The notes: generated by a model from the sequence alone, not told the origin. Positions 27,326 to 37,658 are shown, counted from the first letter of the stretch. The stretch is DNA of 64,000 nucleotides from an uncultured Pseudohongiella sp. (GCA_965201035.1 OZ241750.1:579837-643836), one strand, 5' to 3'. A program made the numbers and translations.

Positions 27326-28276
27326 TCATCCTTCTTCGGCCATTTGCCGCAGCCCGTTCAAAAGCGCTGTGAAGCGTGAATCCGGCGGTGCCTCGAAGCG
27401 CATGACCGCGGCATCCGGCGCAGGGCGAAAAGCGATGCGCCAAGCATGCAGCGCCAAATGCCCGTGATGGATTTCGGCGCTTTGCCCGGCGTCCTGCCGA
27501 TAGCGGTCGTCGCCGATGATGGCATGTCCGGCGGATTGACAGTGGACGCGAATCTGATGGGTGCGACCGGTTTCCAGAGTCGCCTCAAGTAAAGTGGCCG
27601 CCCAGAATCGCTCACGAATGCGGAAATGGGTAACCGCGCGCTTGCCGGTGGCCCGCGCCCCAACGACTCTTGCGCCGGCGCCGGACCGCATTTTGCGCAG
27701 CGGCAATTCGATGCGACGCAATGTCTCCGGCCAAGCGCCATGCACCAGCGCGAGGTATTTTTTCTCCACCGCGGCACCGCGGAAGGCGGCTTGGATATGG
27801 CGCAGAAACGCTGGCTGTTTGGCGATGATAAGACAGCCTGATGTATCTCGGTCCAGACGGTGGGCCAGTTCCGCATGCAGCCAATCAGGATGGGATTGGC
27901 GCAGCGCTTCGATCAACCCCAGCGCGATGCCGCTGCCGCCATGCGCCGGCAGACCCGCCGGTTTGTTCAGAATCAGCAGATCTTGATTTTCAAAAATGAC
28001 GAGACCCCGCAAGCGCCGCTTAAGCTTCTCGGTTGGCGGTGCGGGGGGTGGCGGGCCGCCGACCGCGCCGGGCGGAATCCGAATCCGGTCTCCTGCCGCG
28101 AGCCGACTATCGGGTTTGCAGCGACCACGGTTTATCCGCACTTCGCCGCGGCGGATCAAACGGTAAATCCGCGTCCGAGGCAAATTTTTCAGCTCGCGCA
28201 AGAGAAAATTGTCCAGTCTTTGGCCCTGCCGAAGCGCCGGCACCACCAGAAACCGCACTTTGCTCGAATCATTCAT
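27326..28276 (-). CDS. rluC: 23S rRNA pseudouridine synthase RluC (RluA family with S4 domain); start is 28276 or 28309
   Basis: S4 domain QRLDNFLLRELKNLPRTRIYRLIRRGEVRINRGR and catalytic HRLDRDTSG. It is collinear with my recollection of E. coli RluC. Confidence 0.8.
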   Translation of the reverse strand: MNDSSKVRFLVVPALRQGQRLDNFLLRELKNLPRTRIYRLIRRGEVRINRGRCKPDSRLAAGDRIRIPPGAVGGPPPPAPPTEKLKRRLRGLVIFENQDLLILNKPAGLPAHGGSGIALGLIEALRQSHPDWLHAELAHRLDRDTSGCLIIAKQPAFLRHIQAAFRGAAVEKKYLALVHGAWPETLRRIELPLRKMRSGAGARVVGARATGKRAVTHFRIRERFWAATLLEATLETGRTHQIRVHCQSAGHAIIGDDRYRQDAGQSAEIHHGHLALHAWRIAFRPAPDAAVMRFEAPPDSRFTALLNGLRQMAEEG

Positions 28277-28333
28277 TTTGTCTGCGGCGGCATCCGCGAA
28301 AGCAGCCATTTTAACCCACACCGCAAGCCCTCC

Positions 28334-28385
28334 CGACGGGACACCCATCGTTTTGCGCCCCGCGATGGGACACCCATTGTTTTGC
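28334..28385. repeat. two direct 23-nt repeats (21/23 identical) with 29-nt periodicity in the rluC/argS divergent intergenic region
   Basis: CGACGGGACACCCATCGTTTTGC (28334-28356) and CGATGGGACACCCATTGTTTTGC (28363-28385), read directly from the sequence. Confidence 0.85.
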
Positions 28386-28469
28386 CAGGAAGCTTCCCTG
28401 CGTTCCCTGCCGGTGTGGGCGGATGTTGTACAATCGCGCCTCCGCGAATTCCGCCCGCCGCCGAATCCA

Positions 28470-30206
28470 ATGGCCAATTTCAAGAATCAGTTGACCCGGC
28501 TTGTCGGGTCGGCCTTGCGCGAAGCCGTCGGCGGTGCGGAGGACAATCCGAACGTCATAACCGCCTCCCGCCCGCAGTTTGGCGATTATCAGGCCAATGG
28601 CATCATGCCGGCCGCCGCGCGCTGCGGTCGCAAACCGCGGGAACTGGCCGCGGCGGTGGTTGCCGGCCTGGGGGATGAAGCCGGGTTGATCGCGAAGACG
28701 GAAATCGCAGGCCCCGGATTCATCAATTTCTGGTTAAGCGACGCGGCTTTGCTGCGGCGCGGCAATGAAGTCCTGGGGTCGCCGGTCTCGCTGATCCCGA
28801 AAACCGACCAAGCGCACAAAATCGTCGTCGATCATTCCTCGCCGAATCTGGCCAAGGAAATGCACGTCGGTCATCTTCGCGGCACTGTGATCGGCGATTG
28901 CCTCGCAAGAGTGTTCGAGCGGCTTGGGCATGGAGTAATCCGCCAAAATCATGTGGGCGACTGGGGTACACAATTCGGCATGTTGATCGCCCATATGCGT
29001 GAAATCGGCGGCGACGCGGAATTGCTTCGCGCCGAATTGGGAGATTTAGAAAAGTTTTACCGGGCAGCGAAGCACAAATTCGATATGGATGCGGAATTCG
29101 CCGACCGGGCGAGGGAAAGCGTGGTCAAACTGCAAAGCGGCGATCCAGAATATCTGGCGGTATGGCGGAGTTTTATCGACGAATCCCTGCGCCACTGCCA
29201 AGAAATCTATACGCGGCTCGGCGTCGGCCTGACCTTCGCGGATCTGGATGCCGAAAGCCGCTACAACGACGATCTGGCGGGAATCATTCAATATTTGCGG
29301 GAGCGGGGCCTGCTGCGCGACTCCGACGGCGCCCGCTGCGTTTTTCTGTCGGAGTTTCAAGGCAAGGATGGACAAGCGCTGCCGCTTATCGTGCAGAAAT
29401 CCGATGGCGGCTATCTGTATTCGACAACAGATTTGGCGGCGGTGAAGATGCGCTCCTTCGCATTCAAAGCCGACCGCTCGCTATATGTGGTCGATGCCCG
29501 GCAGTCATTGCATTTCGAACAGGTTTTCGCGGTGGCGCGGGCGGCGGGCCTGGCTCCGCCGAATCATTCTCTGGAGCATATCGCCTATGGCACCATCATG
29601 GGTGCCGACGGCAGGCCGTACAAAACACGATCGGGCGATTCGGTGAAACTGGCTGACTTGCTCGATGAGGCTGTGGCTCGGGCTTGGGAGTTCGTCTCGC
29701 AAAAAAATCCCGATCTTGCCGAAGAGGAGCGGCGGCTGATCGCCCAAAGCATCGGCATCGCCTCAGTGAAGTACGCCGATTTGTCCAAAAATCGAATCAG
29801 CGACTACGCATTTGATTGGGCAACCATGCTTTCCTTGGATGGAAACACCGCGCCATATCTGCTGTACGCCTGCACCCGCATCAAGAGTTTGTTGCGCCGA
29901 GTGCCCGAGGGAGAGGACTCTGAGCGATTGGCCACATTGGCGTCGCCGGAGGAACGCGCCCTATTGTTGAAGGTTCTGCAATTGCCCGAAGTGATCGACC
30001 TCGTCGCGCGGGAATGCTATCCACACCTGCTTTGCAGTTATCTTTACGAGTTATCCGGCATCTTCATGCGCTTCTATGAGGCCTGTCCGGTGCTGGCGGC
30101 GGTCGGCGCGGCGCGGGCCTCGCGATTGGCCCTGCTTCGGCTTGCGGAACAAGCGCTTGAGCAGGGCCTCGGCCTGCTGGGGATTCCAGTGCTGGAGCGG
30201 ATGTAG
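28470..30206 (+). CDS. argS: arginine--tRNA ligase
   Basis: ATG at 28470 gives MANFKNQLTRLV.... The class I HIGH-type motif is SPNLAKEMHVGHLR, followed by a C-terminal anticodon-binding domain. The ORF-track start at 28209 overlaps rluC. Confidence 0.92.
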   Translation: MANFKNQLTRLVGSALREAVGGAEDNPNVITASRPQFGDYQANGIMPAAARCGRKPRELAAAVVAGLGDEAGLIAKTEIAGPGFINFWLSDAALLRRGNEVLGSPVSLIPKTDQAHKIVVDHSSPNLAKEMHVGHLRGTVIGDCLARVFERLGHGVIRQNHVGDWGTQFGMLIAHMREIGGDAELLRAELGDLEKFYRAAKHKFDMDAEFADRARESVVKLQSGDPEYLAVWRSFIDESLRHCQEIYTRLGVGLTFADLDAESRYNDDLAGIIQYLRERGLLRDSDGARCVFLSEFQGKDGQALPLIVQKSDGGYLYSTTDLAAVKMRSFAFKADRSLYVVDARQSLHFEQVFAVARAAGLAPPNHSLEHIAYGTIMGADGRPYKTRSGDSVKLADLLDEAVARAWEFVSQKNPDLAEEERRLIAQSIGIASVKYADLSKNRISDYAFDWATMLSLDGNTAPYLLYACTRIKSLLRRVPEGEDSERLATLASPEERALLLKVLQLPEVIDLVARECYPHLLCSYLYELSGIFMRFYEACPVLAAVGAARASRLALLRLAEQALEQGLGLLGIPVLERM

Positions 30207-30264
30207 GGCCAAGCCCAAGCCCTGTCCGGGATGAATCGTAGTTGGAAAAATCGCGATATCCAGG

Positions 30265-32208
30265 TTAGTCCCCCGTCAATTCCAGCAACAATTTGTTGAG
30301 TCGGCTGGAAAACTGCGCCGGGTCGTCCAAGGACCTGCCTTCGGCGAGAGAAGCCTGGCCGAACAGGATGATGGCCAAGTCGGTAAAACGGACTTCATCT
30401 TCTTCGCGGCTCAATTTTTGCAGCAGGGCGTGATCTGGATTAATTTCAAAGATCGGTTTCGACTCCGGCGCTTTCTGTCCTGAAGCTTCCATAATCCGCC
30501 GCATTTGCACACCCATATCGTAATCGTTCACGACCAGACATGCCGGCGAATCGGTTAGGCGGCGCGTCACCCGCACTTCTTTCACTTGATCGGCTAGACT
30601 TTCCTTGATCCTTTTGAGCAGATCCGCGTGTTCGCCGTCTTCGTCATCGCTCCGCTCATCTTCTAGTTTGCCGAGATCCAATTCGCCCCGGGCGATATCC
30701 TGAAACTGTTTGCCGTCGAACTCGCGCAAGTGACTCATCAACCATTCATCAATCCGGTCATGCAGCAACAGCACTTCGATTTCTTTGCGGCGAAACACTT
30801 CTAGTTGAGGACTGTTTCGCGCGGCCTTCAGCGAATCGCTGATCAAGTAGTAGATTTTTTCTTGGCCATCCTTCATGCCATCAATATAATCCCGCAGCAT
30901 CCGATCCTGTTCGTCGCCAGCCGATTCAGTACTGTTGAATAGGAAAAGCGCGGCAATTTTCTCGCGGTTGCCGGCATCTTCCACCGGCCCCTCCTTCAGC
31001 GCTTGGCCGAATTCTTTCCAGAAGCCGGTGTAGGCTTCTTTATCTTTCTTCTGCAAGCGCGCCATCAGATCGAGCACACGCTTGGTCAAAGCGCCGCGGA
31101 CTTTTTCGACTTTTGGATCGTTTTGCAAAATTTCCCGGGAGACATTGAGCGGGAAATCGTTCGAGTCGAGCACGCCTTTTATGAAGCGCAGATACAGTGG
31201 CAGGAATTGTTCGGCTTCATCCATGATGAAAACCCGCTGCACATACAACTTGAGCCCCCGCGCGCCATCCCGGTTCCAAAGGTCGTAGGGTGCCCTACCC
31301 GGGAGAAAAAGCAAGCTGGTGTATTCGAGCTTGCCTTCGACATGATTGTGGCTCCAATCAAGCGGGTCTTCAAAATCGTGGCTGATATGTTTGTAAAATT
31401 CCAAATACTCTTTTTTCTTGATGTCTCTGCGCGAACGTGTCCACAAGGCCTTACCCTCGTTGACCGGCGCGTATTTTTTCTCGACCGCGGTGTTTTCCTT
31501 CTCGGTGCTTTCGTTCTCGACTTCGCCGTTATCGTCGTCTTCGGCCCCGCCGTCGTATTTCTCCTCCTCCATCAGGACCGGAATAGAAATATGATCGGCG
31601 TATTTTTTGGCTATTGACCGCAGGCGGAAAGAGTCGAGGAATTCCTTGGCATCATCCTTCAAATGCAAAATCACAATGGTGCCGCGGCCACTTTTTTTGG
31701 TGTCGGTAATCGAGTAATCGGATTCGCCGTTGGATTTCCACAAAACCGCCTCGCTGGCATTGGCGCCCGCTTTGCGGGTAAGCACTTCGACCTCGTTGGC
31801 AACGATGAACGAGGAATAAAATCCAACCCCGAACTGCCCTATCAACTGTGAGTCTTTTTGCTGATCTCCCGTTAGCGATTCGAGAAACTGGGCGGTGCCC
31901 GACTTGGCGATTGTGCCAAGGTTTTGGATGACTTCTTCGCGGGACATGCCGATGCCGTTGTCGGCCACGCTGATGGTGTTGTTATCCGCATCGAGTTCGA
32001 CCCGGACATACGGATCTGGCTCTTCTTCGAGCAAGTCGGGCGAGGATAAGGCCTGGAAACGCAGCTTGTCGGCGGCATCTGACGCGTTGGAAATCAATTC
32101 GCGCAGGAATACCTCCTTGTTGCTGTACAAGGAGTGGATCATCAAGTGCAGGAGTTGTTTAGCCTCGGTTTCAAAACCCCGCGTTTCGGTTTTGCTTGAT
32201 TCGCTCAT
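30265..32208 (-). CDS. htpG: molecular chaperone HtpG (Hsp90)
   Basis: ATG at 32208 gives [45 protein letters not shown], the GHKL ATPase N-terminus. Confidence 0.93.
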   Translation of the reverse strand: MSESSKTETRGFETEAKQLLHLMIHSLYSNKEVFLRELISNASDAADKLRFQALSSPDLLEEEPDPYVRVELDADNNTISVADNGIGMSREEVIQNLGTIAKSGTAQFLESLTGDQQKDSQLIGQFGVGFYSSFIVANEVEVLTRKAGANASEAVLWKSNGESDYSITDTKKSGRGTIVILHLKDDAKEFLDSFRLRSIAKKYADHISIPVLMEEEKYDGGAEDDDNGEVENESTEKENTAVEKKYAPVNEGKALWTRSRRDIKKKEYLEFYKHISHDFEDPLDWSHNHVEGKLEYTSLLFLPGRAPYDLWNRDGARGLKLYVQRVFIMDEAEQFLPLYLRFIKGVLDSNDFPLNVSREILQNDPKVEKVRGALTKRVLDLMARLQKKDKEAYTGFWKEFGQALKEGPVEDAGNREKIAALFLFNSTESAGDEQDRMLRDYIDGMKDGQEKIYYLISDSLKAARNSPQLEVFRRKEIEVLLLHDRIDEWLMSHLREFDGKQFQDIARGELDLGKLEDERSDDEDGEHADLLKRIKESLADQVKEVRVTRRLTDSPACLVVNDYDMGVQMRRIMEASGQKAPESKPIFEINPDHALLQKLSREEDEVRFTDLAIILFGQASLAEGRSLDDPAQFSSRLNKLLLELTGD

Positions 32209-32237
32209 TTTCTCTCTCGCCTTTTCTCTCACTCAGG

Positions 32238-32265
32238 AAAACCCGGCCGCGTTGCCGCGGCTGGG
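32238..32265 (-). terminator. candidate rho-independent terminator after the TonB-cluster TPR gene
   Basis: On the minus strand, a 10-bp GC-rich stem CCCAGCCGCG-GCAA-CGCGGCCGGG (one G-U pair) is followed by TTTT. It lies about 50 nt after the stop at 32314. Confidence 0.45.
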
Positions 32266-32313
32266 TTGGGAAATGGGGGTCAGGCGGAAAAATTCAAGCT
32301 GACCGGAGCCGGC

Positions 32314-33684
32314 TCAATCGATTAGCGATGGATAGGACTCATAAAAATCAATCGCATCTGCCCTGCGCGCGGCGAGAATATCGAAGCGCTGTTTGCTCGA
32401 TTGGATGAAATCGCGATAGTTTCTCGCCGCTTGTTGTTCTTGCTCACCGCCCGCATCCGCGGAATCGGAAGTGGCCTCGAGCGCGGCATCGAATTCATCG
32501 AGTTCGACCAAGGATCTCGCCAAAAACAGCAGCGTATCCGCGCGGTTTTCCAGCCCGCCGCGGTCCAGCGCGGTCTGGAACGCCTCGGTGGCATCCCCAT
32601 AGCGCTGCAGCAAATAATAGAGATAACCGAGCGTATCATGGGAGTTGCCCGAATCATCCAATTCCGCAGCCCTCAAAGCCGGTTCCAGCGCTTCCGTGTA
32701 TTCGGCTCCGAGCATGGACATCTGCGCCCGGGTGATGTTGTTTTCCAAAGTATCTTCGATGATCCCCTTGTCGTGGCCGTCATCGATAATCTTGCGCCCG
32801 GAAAGCGGGATTTCCAAACCCGCCAGGGACTGGCCGAGATTCAGATAGCGCGTATCGTCCTCGTCGTCTTCAAGAATCCCACGGATGTAGGAGAGATTCA
32901 GCGACTGCACGCGCTGCTCTTCCAAATCGAGACTGGCGTAAATCGCACTCAAATTTTGCCAGTCGGTTGGATCATCGAATTTCATGATCATGGTTTTGGT
33001 TAGATCGAGTGCTTCCTCAAAACTTTCCAAGGTGAAATAAACGCCGTTGAGATAGGCGTAGTCGTCGCGGCCCAATTCGCCGCCATTGACCAAAGTGAGC
33101 TTCATGTAATCCAGCCAATAATCCCGGGCCGGAATCATTTCATCGAGTTGATAGTGCGCATAGGAAAGGCCCCGGAATACAATCTCGTCCTCCTCAAGGG
33201 TCATATCGCGCCAGGCTTCGTAGTTATCGATGGATCTGCGCCACTCCTCCTCCGCGGCGTACAACTGGCCAAGCGAGCGCAGCGTCCGGCGCCGGGTATC
33301 CTCGCGCAGCTCTTCGATGGTCAGCATTTCTTCAAAGGTGCGCAAGGCACCGGCGAAATCCTCCATGGAAAGATAGTAGTTCGTGTAGAAATTCAACAGC
33401 GTCGATTTTTCAAAATCATTCATGCGGTCCCAGCGGCGTTCCCGGAGATCGTCCAGCGCTTCCTTGGCGCCGGGCAAATCGGGCTCGTCCTCCTCGTCTT
33501 CCGGGGACATCATTTCCTGAATCTCTGAAATCGCGCGCATTACCTGCGGACCGAGGGTGCCCGCAGTGCGCGCCTCCGGCGGCGCTCGCTGCTCCTCGCC
33601 GGCTAATACCGGCGTGGCGGGTTGAGCCAGCAGCAGTACGAAACCGGAAATCAGGGCCGGAATCAAAGCATAGGTTGTTTTCAT
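32314..33684 (-). CDS. TPR-repeat periplasmic protein of the TonB2-type cluster (TtpD-like)
   Basis: ATG at 33684 is preceded by GAGGAG and gives a signal peptide (MKTTYALIPALISGFVLLLAQPATPVLA). The rest is repeated TPR-like helices. It lies immediately downstream of tonB. Confidence 0.65.
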   Translation of the reverse strand: MKTTYALIPALISGFVLLLAQPATPVLAGEEQRAPPEARTAGTLGPQVMRAISEIQEMMSPEDEEDEPDLPGAKEALDDLRERRWDRMNDFEKSTLLNFYTNYYLSMEDFAGALRTFEEMLTIEELREDTRRRTLRSLGQLYAAEEEWRRSIDNYEAWRDMTLEEDEIVFRGLSYAHYQLDEMIPARDYWLDYMKLTLVNGGELGRDDYAYLNGVYFTLESFEEALDLTKTMIMKFDDPTDWQNLSAIYASLDLEEQRVQSLNLSYIRGILEDDEDDTRYLNLGQSLAGLEIPLSGRKIIDDGHDKGIIEDTLENNITRAQMSMLGAEYTEALEPALRAAELDDSGNSHDTLGYLYYLLQRYGDATEAFQTALDRGGLENRADTLLFLARSLVELDEFDAALEATSDSADAGGEQEQQAARNYRDFIQSSKQRFDILAARRADAIDFYESYPSLID

Positions 33685-33720
33685 GCCAACTCCTCTGACT
33701 GTCCCGGAGATGCGTTGCAC

Positions 33721-34350
33721 TCAGTCTTCCAGCTCATAACGGAAAACATATTGCACACCGGGCACCTCGACACCCTGACCATTTACGACTCGGGGTTGAA
33801 ACTTGAACCGCACCGCCGCGCGAATGGAGGATCTATTGAAAATATTCGGTGGCTCCGCGTCCAGCACGACGATACTGTCCTCCACCACATTGCCCAGCGG
33901 ATCAACCGTGAAACTCACCAAACACCAGCCTTCAATGCCGCGCTGCGCGGCGCGGGTCGGGTATTGGGGGGGGATTGCCACCAACGGCAAATAGTCGCCA
34001 TCGGTATTGCTCACCGTGGCTGGGGTCAAGTCGAGGCCAGCGCCAATATCCACATCCTGCCGCGAGATGGCGATGGATGGCCCGTTGTCGAGGCTGATCT
34101 GCTTGTCCGGGACATCGACATCTTCCTGATCCACTTCTTCGATCGGTTCGGGACGATCGATTTCCTCGACCACGTCGAGTTCGACTTCCGGCATGGTCGC
34201 ATCGACGATGCGGATGACCTCAAGCGGATCATCCAACCTTTCGCCGGTCTCAATCAATAACGACATGAATGCCAGCAAACCGACGACGATTCCCATCGCG
34301 AAGACGAACACCACCAGCAATCTCAGTATGAGCCAAACAACAGCAGACAT
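33721..34350 (-). CDS. tonB: energy transducer TonB
   Basis: 209 aa with an N-terminal TM, an acidic/Pro linker and a C-terminal TonB domain (PPQYPTRAAQRGIEGWCLVSFTVDPLGNV). Confidence 0.8.
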   Translation of the reverse strand: MSAVVWLILRLLVVFVFAMGIVVGLLAFMSLLIETGERLDDPLEVIRIVDATMPEVELDVVEEIDRPEPIEEVDQEDVDVPDKQISLDNGPSIAISRQDVDIGAGLDLTPATVSNTDGDYLPLVAIPPQYPTRAAQRGIEGWCLVSFTVDPLGNVVEDSIVVLDAEPPNIFNRSSIRAAVRFKFQPRVVNGQGVEVPGVQYVFRYELED

Positions 34351-34353
34351 TTT

Positions 34354-34761
34354 TCACGCCTCCGTTGAAATAGAAACGTTCTCGATTTGGGCTTCTCGGG
34401 CCGCTTCGAGAATCAACAGTACTTGCTCGTTATTCGCGTTCTGATCGGCCTGAATCACCACCGAAGAATTCGGCGCGTCGGCCAGGCGCAGTTCGAAACG
34501 CGAGCGTATGAAGCGCGGATCGATCTGCTCGCCGTCGATCCAGATATCGCCCTGGGGCCCCACCGCAATCAGAATCAGGTCACCGGACTGGCTTAGCGCC
34601 GTCGAGGCTTCCGGCTTGCTGACATCAATGCCGGCCTCCTTGACGAAAACCGAAGTAACAATGAAGAAAATCAGCAGAATAAAGACCACGTCCAGCATGG
34701 GGGTGAGATCGATTTCACCGGCTTCCCCTTCCGCCGCTTTTTTCATCAAGCCCGTTTTCAT
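34354..34761 (-). CDS. exbD: biopolymer transporter ExbD
   Basis: ATG at 34761 gives MKTGLMKK...EIDLTPMLDVVFILLIFFIV. The ORF-track start at 35079 lies inside exbB. Confidence 0.85.
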   Translation of the reverse strand: MKTGLMKKAAEGEAGEIDLTPMLDVVFILLIFFIVTSVFVKEAGIDVSKPEASTALSQSGDLILIAVGPQGDIWIDGEQIDPRFIRSRFELRLADAPNSSVVIQADQNANNEQVLLILEAAREAQIENVSISTEA

Positions 34762-34841
34762 CGTTGCCTTTCCAGAACTGGCGATCAAATCCATTCGATC
34801 ACTTGGTTGATAACCCGCATTCTCGCGCCGGTTGCCGCGTA

Positions 34842-35372
34842 TCAATGACTGAGCGGCAAATGATCCTCCAGCAATTCCAAATCGCGGTCCACCGTGCCTT
34901 TCAAATAATTGTAGGCGAAAATTCCCGAAATCGCGCCCACCATGCCCGCCATGGTGGGTATTGTTGCCCGGGAAACGCCGCCGGCCATGGATTTGGCATC
35001 GCCGCCTCCGGTCACGGCCATGACGAAGAACACTTCGATCATGCCGGTGACCGTGCCAATCAGCCCCAGCAGCGGGCAAATGGTCACCAAAACTTCAATG
35101 ATGGGCAGTGTGCTGCGCACATCCAGCGAAATTTTGGAGACCATCATGGTGCGGATCTGCCGCGCCGACCAAGAGGATTTGTCCCTGCGGGCATTCCACT
35201 CGGCGAGAGTGTTTCTCACATTGCTCTTGTGGCTGGTGTGTATATACCAGATTCGCTCGAACACCAGCGACCACTTCAAGAACAGCAGTACGGCGATCAC
35301 ATTCAAAACCGGCCCGCCCCGCTGCATGAAGCCGCTGATCAAATCGACGATATCCAACATGAACAGGTACAT
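34842..35372 (-). CDS. exbB: MotA/TolQ/ExbB proton channel protein ExbB
   Basis: 176 aa with three TM segments and the conserved LLGLIGTVTGMI block. Confidence 0.85.
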   Translation of the reverse strand: MYLFMLDIVDLISGFMQRGGPVLNVIAVLLFLKWSLVFERIWYIHTSHKSNVRNTLAEWNARRDKSSWSARQIRTMMVSKISLDVRSTLPIIEVLVTICPLLGLIGTVTGMIEVFFVMAVTGGGDAKSMAGGVSRATIPTMAGMVGAISGIFAYNYLKGTVDRDLELLEDHLPLSH

Positions 35373-35403
35373 GATCGTTCAACTCCCGCGGTTGCCGCCC
35401 GCT

Positions 35404-36813
35404 CTAACCGCCGGCCGCCGCTTCGCGCTCGGCTTTCTGTGCGATCATGCCTGTAGCCTGCTGCTCGAGAATATGGGTGATATTGTCGGCGCGGCTTTTC
35501 ACCACGGTATGCATGAAAATGGTGGGAATCGCAACGACGATACCCAGCACCGTGGTCATCAGCGCTTGGGAAATACCGCCGGCCATGATGGTTGGATCGC
35601 CGGCGCCGTAGACGGTGATCTGCTGGAATACTTGAATCATGCCGGTAACCGTACCAAGCAGACCGCCCAGCGGAGCGATCGTGGCGATCATTTTGATCAG
35701 GGTCAGCATGCTTTCCAAAGAAGGCGTCTCCTGCAGAATCGCTTCGCCCAGCTTGAGCTCAAGCGTTTCCGTATCCGCGTCCGGGTTCGATTCACCCACC
35801 AACAGCACCCTTCCCAGTGGATTTTTGCTGTTCAAGCGATCGCTGTTGCGCAGCTGCGCGCGCACCTTGAAGGAAACGAGCGTCAGTATCAGCAGCCGCA
35901 GGAAAGCGATCAAAATGCCGACGATGCCGACGCCGATAATGATGAAACCGATGATGCCGGAATTATTGCGCACCTGTTCCCGAACCGTTGGGAAATTCAC
36001 CAAATTGGCCAGAACTTGACCGCCAACGCCGCCGGTGGGATCAATCCCCACCTGGACGAATCCACTGGCGGCGGACTCCAGCTCCCGCGCCGAACTCAAA
36101 TACCCGGAATCGGGCTGCCGGGGCAATACCTGCAAGTGGCCGATATCGCCGGAATAGCTCAGATACTGGCCATCGGACACGGCATTGAAGGCACCGATTC
36201 TAGTCACGGACTGGCTCACCGTATCGCCATTGGGCATCGCCACTTGGCCGTTGTAGCTCACGACGCGCCCGGATTCAGTCAGCTCCTGATGCATCAATGT
36301 CCAAAATTGTTCCATTTCGGCGATTTCAAGCTGGGCGATGGTGCTGCCCGCTTTCTCGATGAATCCTTCCACGACTTCGGAGCGGCCGGGATACTGCGCG
36401 CTGACCAGGGAATTCTCGAAAGTGCCGAGAAAATCTCCGGCAACGCCCTGCAGAGTGCCGAACAACTCGTTCAGATCGCCCCGGCGATCGCGGAGGATTT
36501 CGCGCTTGTCGTTGATGGTGATTTCGTTTTGCTCGAATTGATCGCTCAACTGCGATTGCAGGTTTTCCTGCTCGACGATGCGATCATTAGTGGTTTGCAG
36601 TATTTCCTCCTGGCGGTCGGCGTTCTGCTCGAACTCGTCCAACCGCTGCCGGTATTCCTCGGACTCGGCCACCCGGTCCTGCTCCACCAGCTCCAGTAGT
36701 TCGACAATATTGACCGGAGTTTCCTGAGCCGAGAGCTGGGCGCAAACACCAAGCAAAGCACCGGCTGCAATCAGAGTTTTCACTGTTGGGGATTTCAATG
36801 CAATCGCTGTCAT
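35404..36813 (-). CDS. MotA/TolQ/ExbB family protein with a large N-terminal periplasmic/coiled-coil domain (TtpC-like)
   Basis: ATG at 36813 gives a signal peptide (MTAIALKSPTVKTLIAAGALLGVCAQLSA). There is a long coiled-coil region, then the C-terminal ExbB-type channel block LGGLLGTVTGMI. Confidence 0.75.
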   Translation of the reverse strand: MTAIALKSPTVKTLIAAGALLGVCAQLSAQETPVNIVELLELVEQDRVAESEEYRQRLDEFEQNADRQEEILQTTNDRIVEQENLQSQLSDQFEQNEITINDKREILRDRRGDLNELFGTLQGVAGDFLGTFENSLVSAQYPGRSEVVEGFIEKAGSTIAQLEIAEMEQFWTLMHQELTESGRVVSYNGQVAMPNGDTVSQSVTRIGAFNAVSDGQYLSYSGDIGHLQVLPRQPDSGYLSSARELESAASGFVQVGIDPTGGVGGQVLANLVNFPTVREQVRNNSGIIGFIIIGVGIVGILIAFLRLLILTLVSFKVRAQLRNSDRLNSKNPLGRVLLVGESNPDADTETLELKLGEAILQETPSLESMLTLIKMIATIAPLGGLLGTVTGMIQVFQQITVYGAGDPTIMAGGISQALMTTVLGIVVAIPTIFMHTVVKSRADNITHILEQQATGMIAQKAEREAAAGG

Positions 36814-36821
36814 GGAATTTT

Positions 36822-37658
36822 TCACTGTACGACCTCCGGAGCCAGCACGGGCAATTCGATAATTCTGGGCGCATCCAACTGGCCGGCAACCCGGATGGCG
36901 TCCTGCACCGCGGTGCGGTACTGACCGGGCGGCAACTCCACCCACTCCATGGCTCGGCTATCCCAAGCCCGCGTTTCCTGGCGGTCGGTGGTTTGATAAA
37001 TCAGCGCTACCCGGCCAATGCGGAGGATATTGACATCGCGCTCCCCGCCGTCGATTTGAATCGTGTCGGGGTAAGTTTCAATCGTGCGGCCAAATGCGGT
37101 TTCGGTTTGATACATCACCAACACTTGACGGAATTTCTCCGCGATGGACACATCGGGGTTGTCGATCGCATCCCGCGCGAACTGGATGCGCGCGCGCCGC
37201 TCTTCAAGTTGAAATGGATAGTCCAATTCAATATACATTTCCAGCGCGCCAAGCATTTGCTCCATCAGCAGGGGAATATTGCGCGTGACTTCTTCCACGG
37301 AGGCGATGGATTCATCCAAGGTCGCGATGTTTTCCTCTTGAATGGAAATGGATTTGCGGAAACCGGCGTTGAGCACCAGCAGGGATTCCAGCGCATCGTT
37401 GGCGCGCTTGAACTCCTCGAATGTGGAGCTGGCCGAATCCGCCAACCGGGTCAGTTCCTGCTGCACTTCGGCCGATTCACGGTATTTCTCTCCGAGGGAA
37501 CTCATCGCCCGGTCGATCGCGCTGCTGTCCACCAAAATCTCGGGCTCCGGGACATTCTGCGGCGCGACCGCGTCTTGCGCCTGCGCCACCCCCATCGAAA
37601 CCGCCATGCCCGCCAGCAGCAGCGCGGCCACGACGTTACCGACATTGTTCATTTTCAT
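36822..37658 (-). CDS. DUF3450-type periplasmic coiled-coil protein (TtpB-like), first gene of the TonB2-type cluster
   Basis: ATG at 37658 gives a signal peptide (MKMNNVGNVVAALLLAGMAVSMGVAQA). The protein is coiled-coil rich. The family call rests on position upstream of the TtpC-like gene and on memory of Vibrio TonB2 clusters. Confidence 0.55.
   Translation of the reverse strand: MKMNNVGNVVAALLLAGMAVSMGVAQAQDAVAPQNVPEPEILVDSSAIDRAMSSLGEKYRESAEVQQELTRLADSASSTFEEFKRANDALESLLVLNAGFRKSISIQEENIATLDESIASVEEVTRNIPLLMEQMLGALEMYIELDYPFQLEERRARIQFARDAIDNPDVSIAEKFRQVLVMYQTETAFGRTIETYPDTIQIDGGERDVNILRIGRVALIYQTTDRQETRAWDSRAMEWVELPPGQYRTAVQDAIRVAGQLDAPRIIELPVLAPEVVQ

Noticed and set aside
34942-36699. 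585-aa plus-strand ORF, one of the longest in the track
   Set aside because: It is entirely antisense to the ExbB and TtpC-like genes, which have clear homology and signal/TM features. Its composition is Ala/Gly/Arg/His-rich with no recognisable motifs. This is a typical shadow ORF of high-GC DNA.
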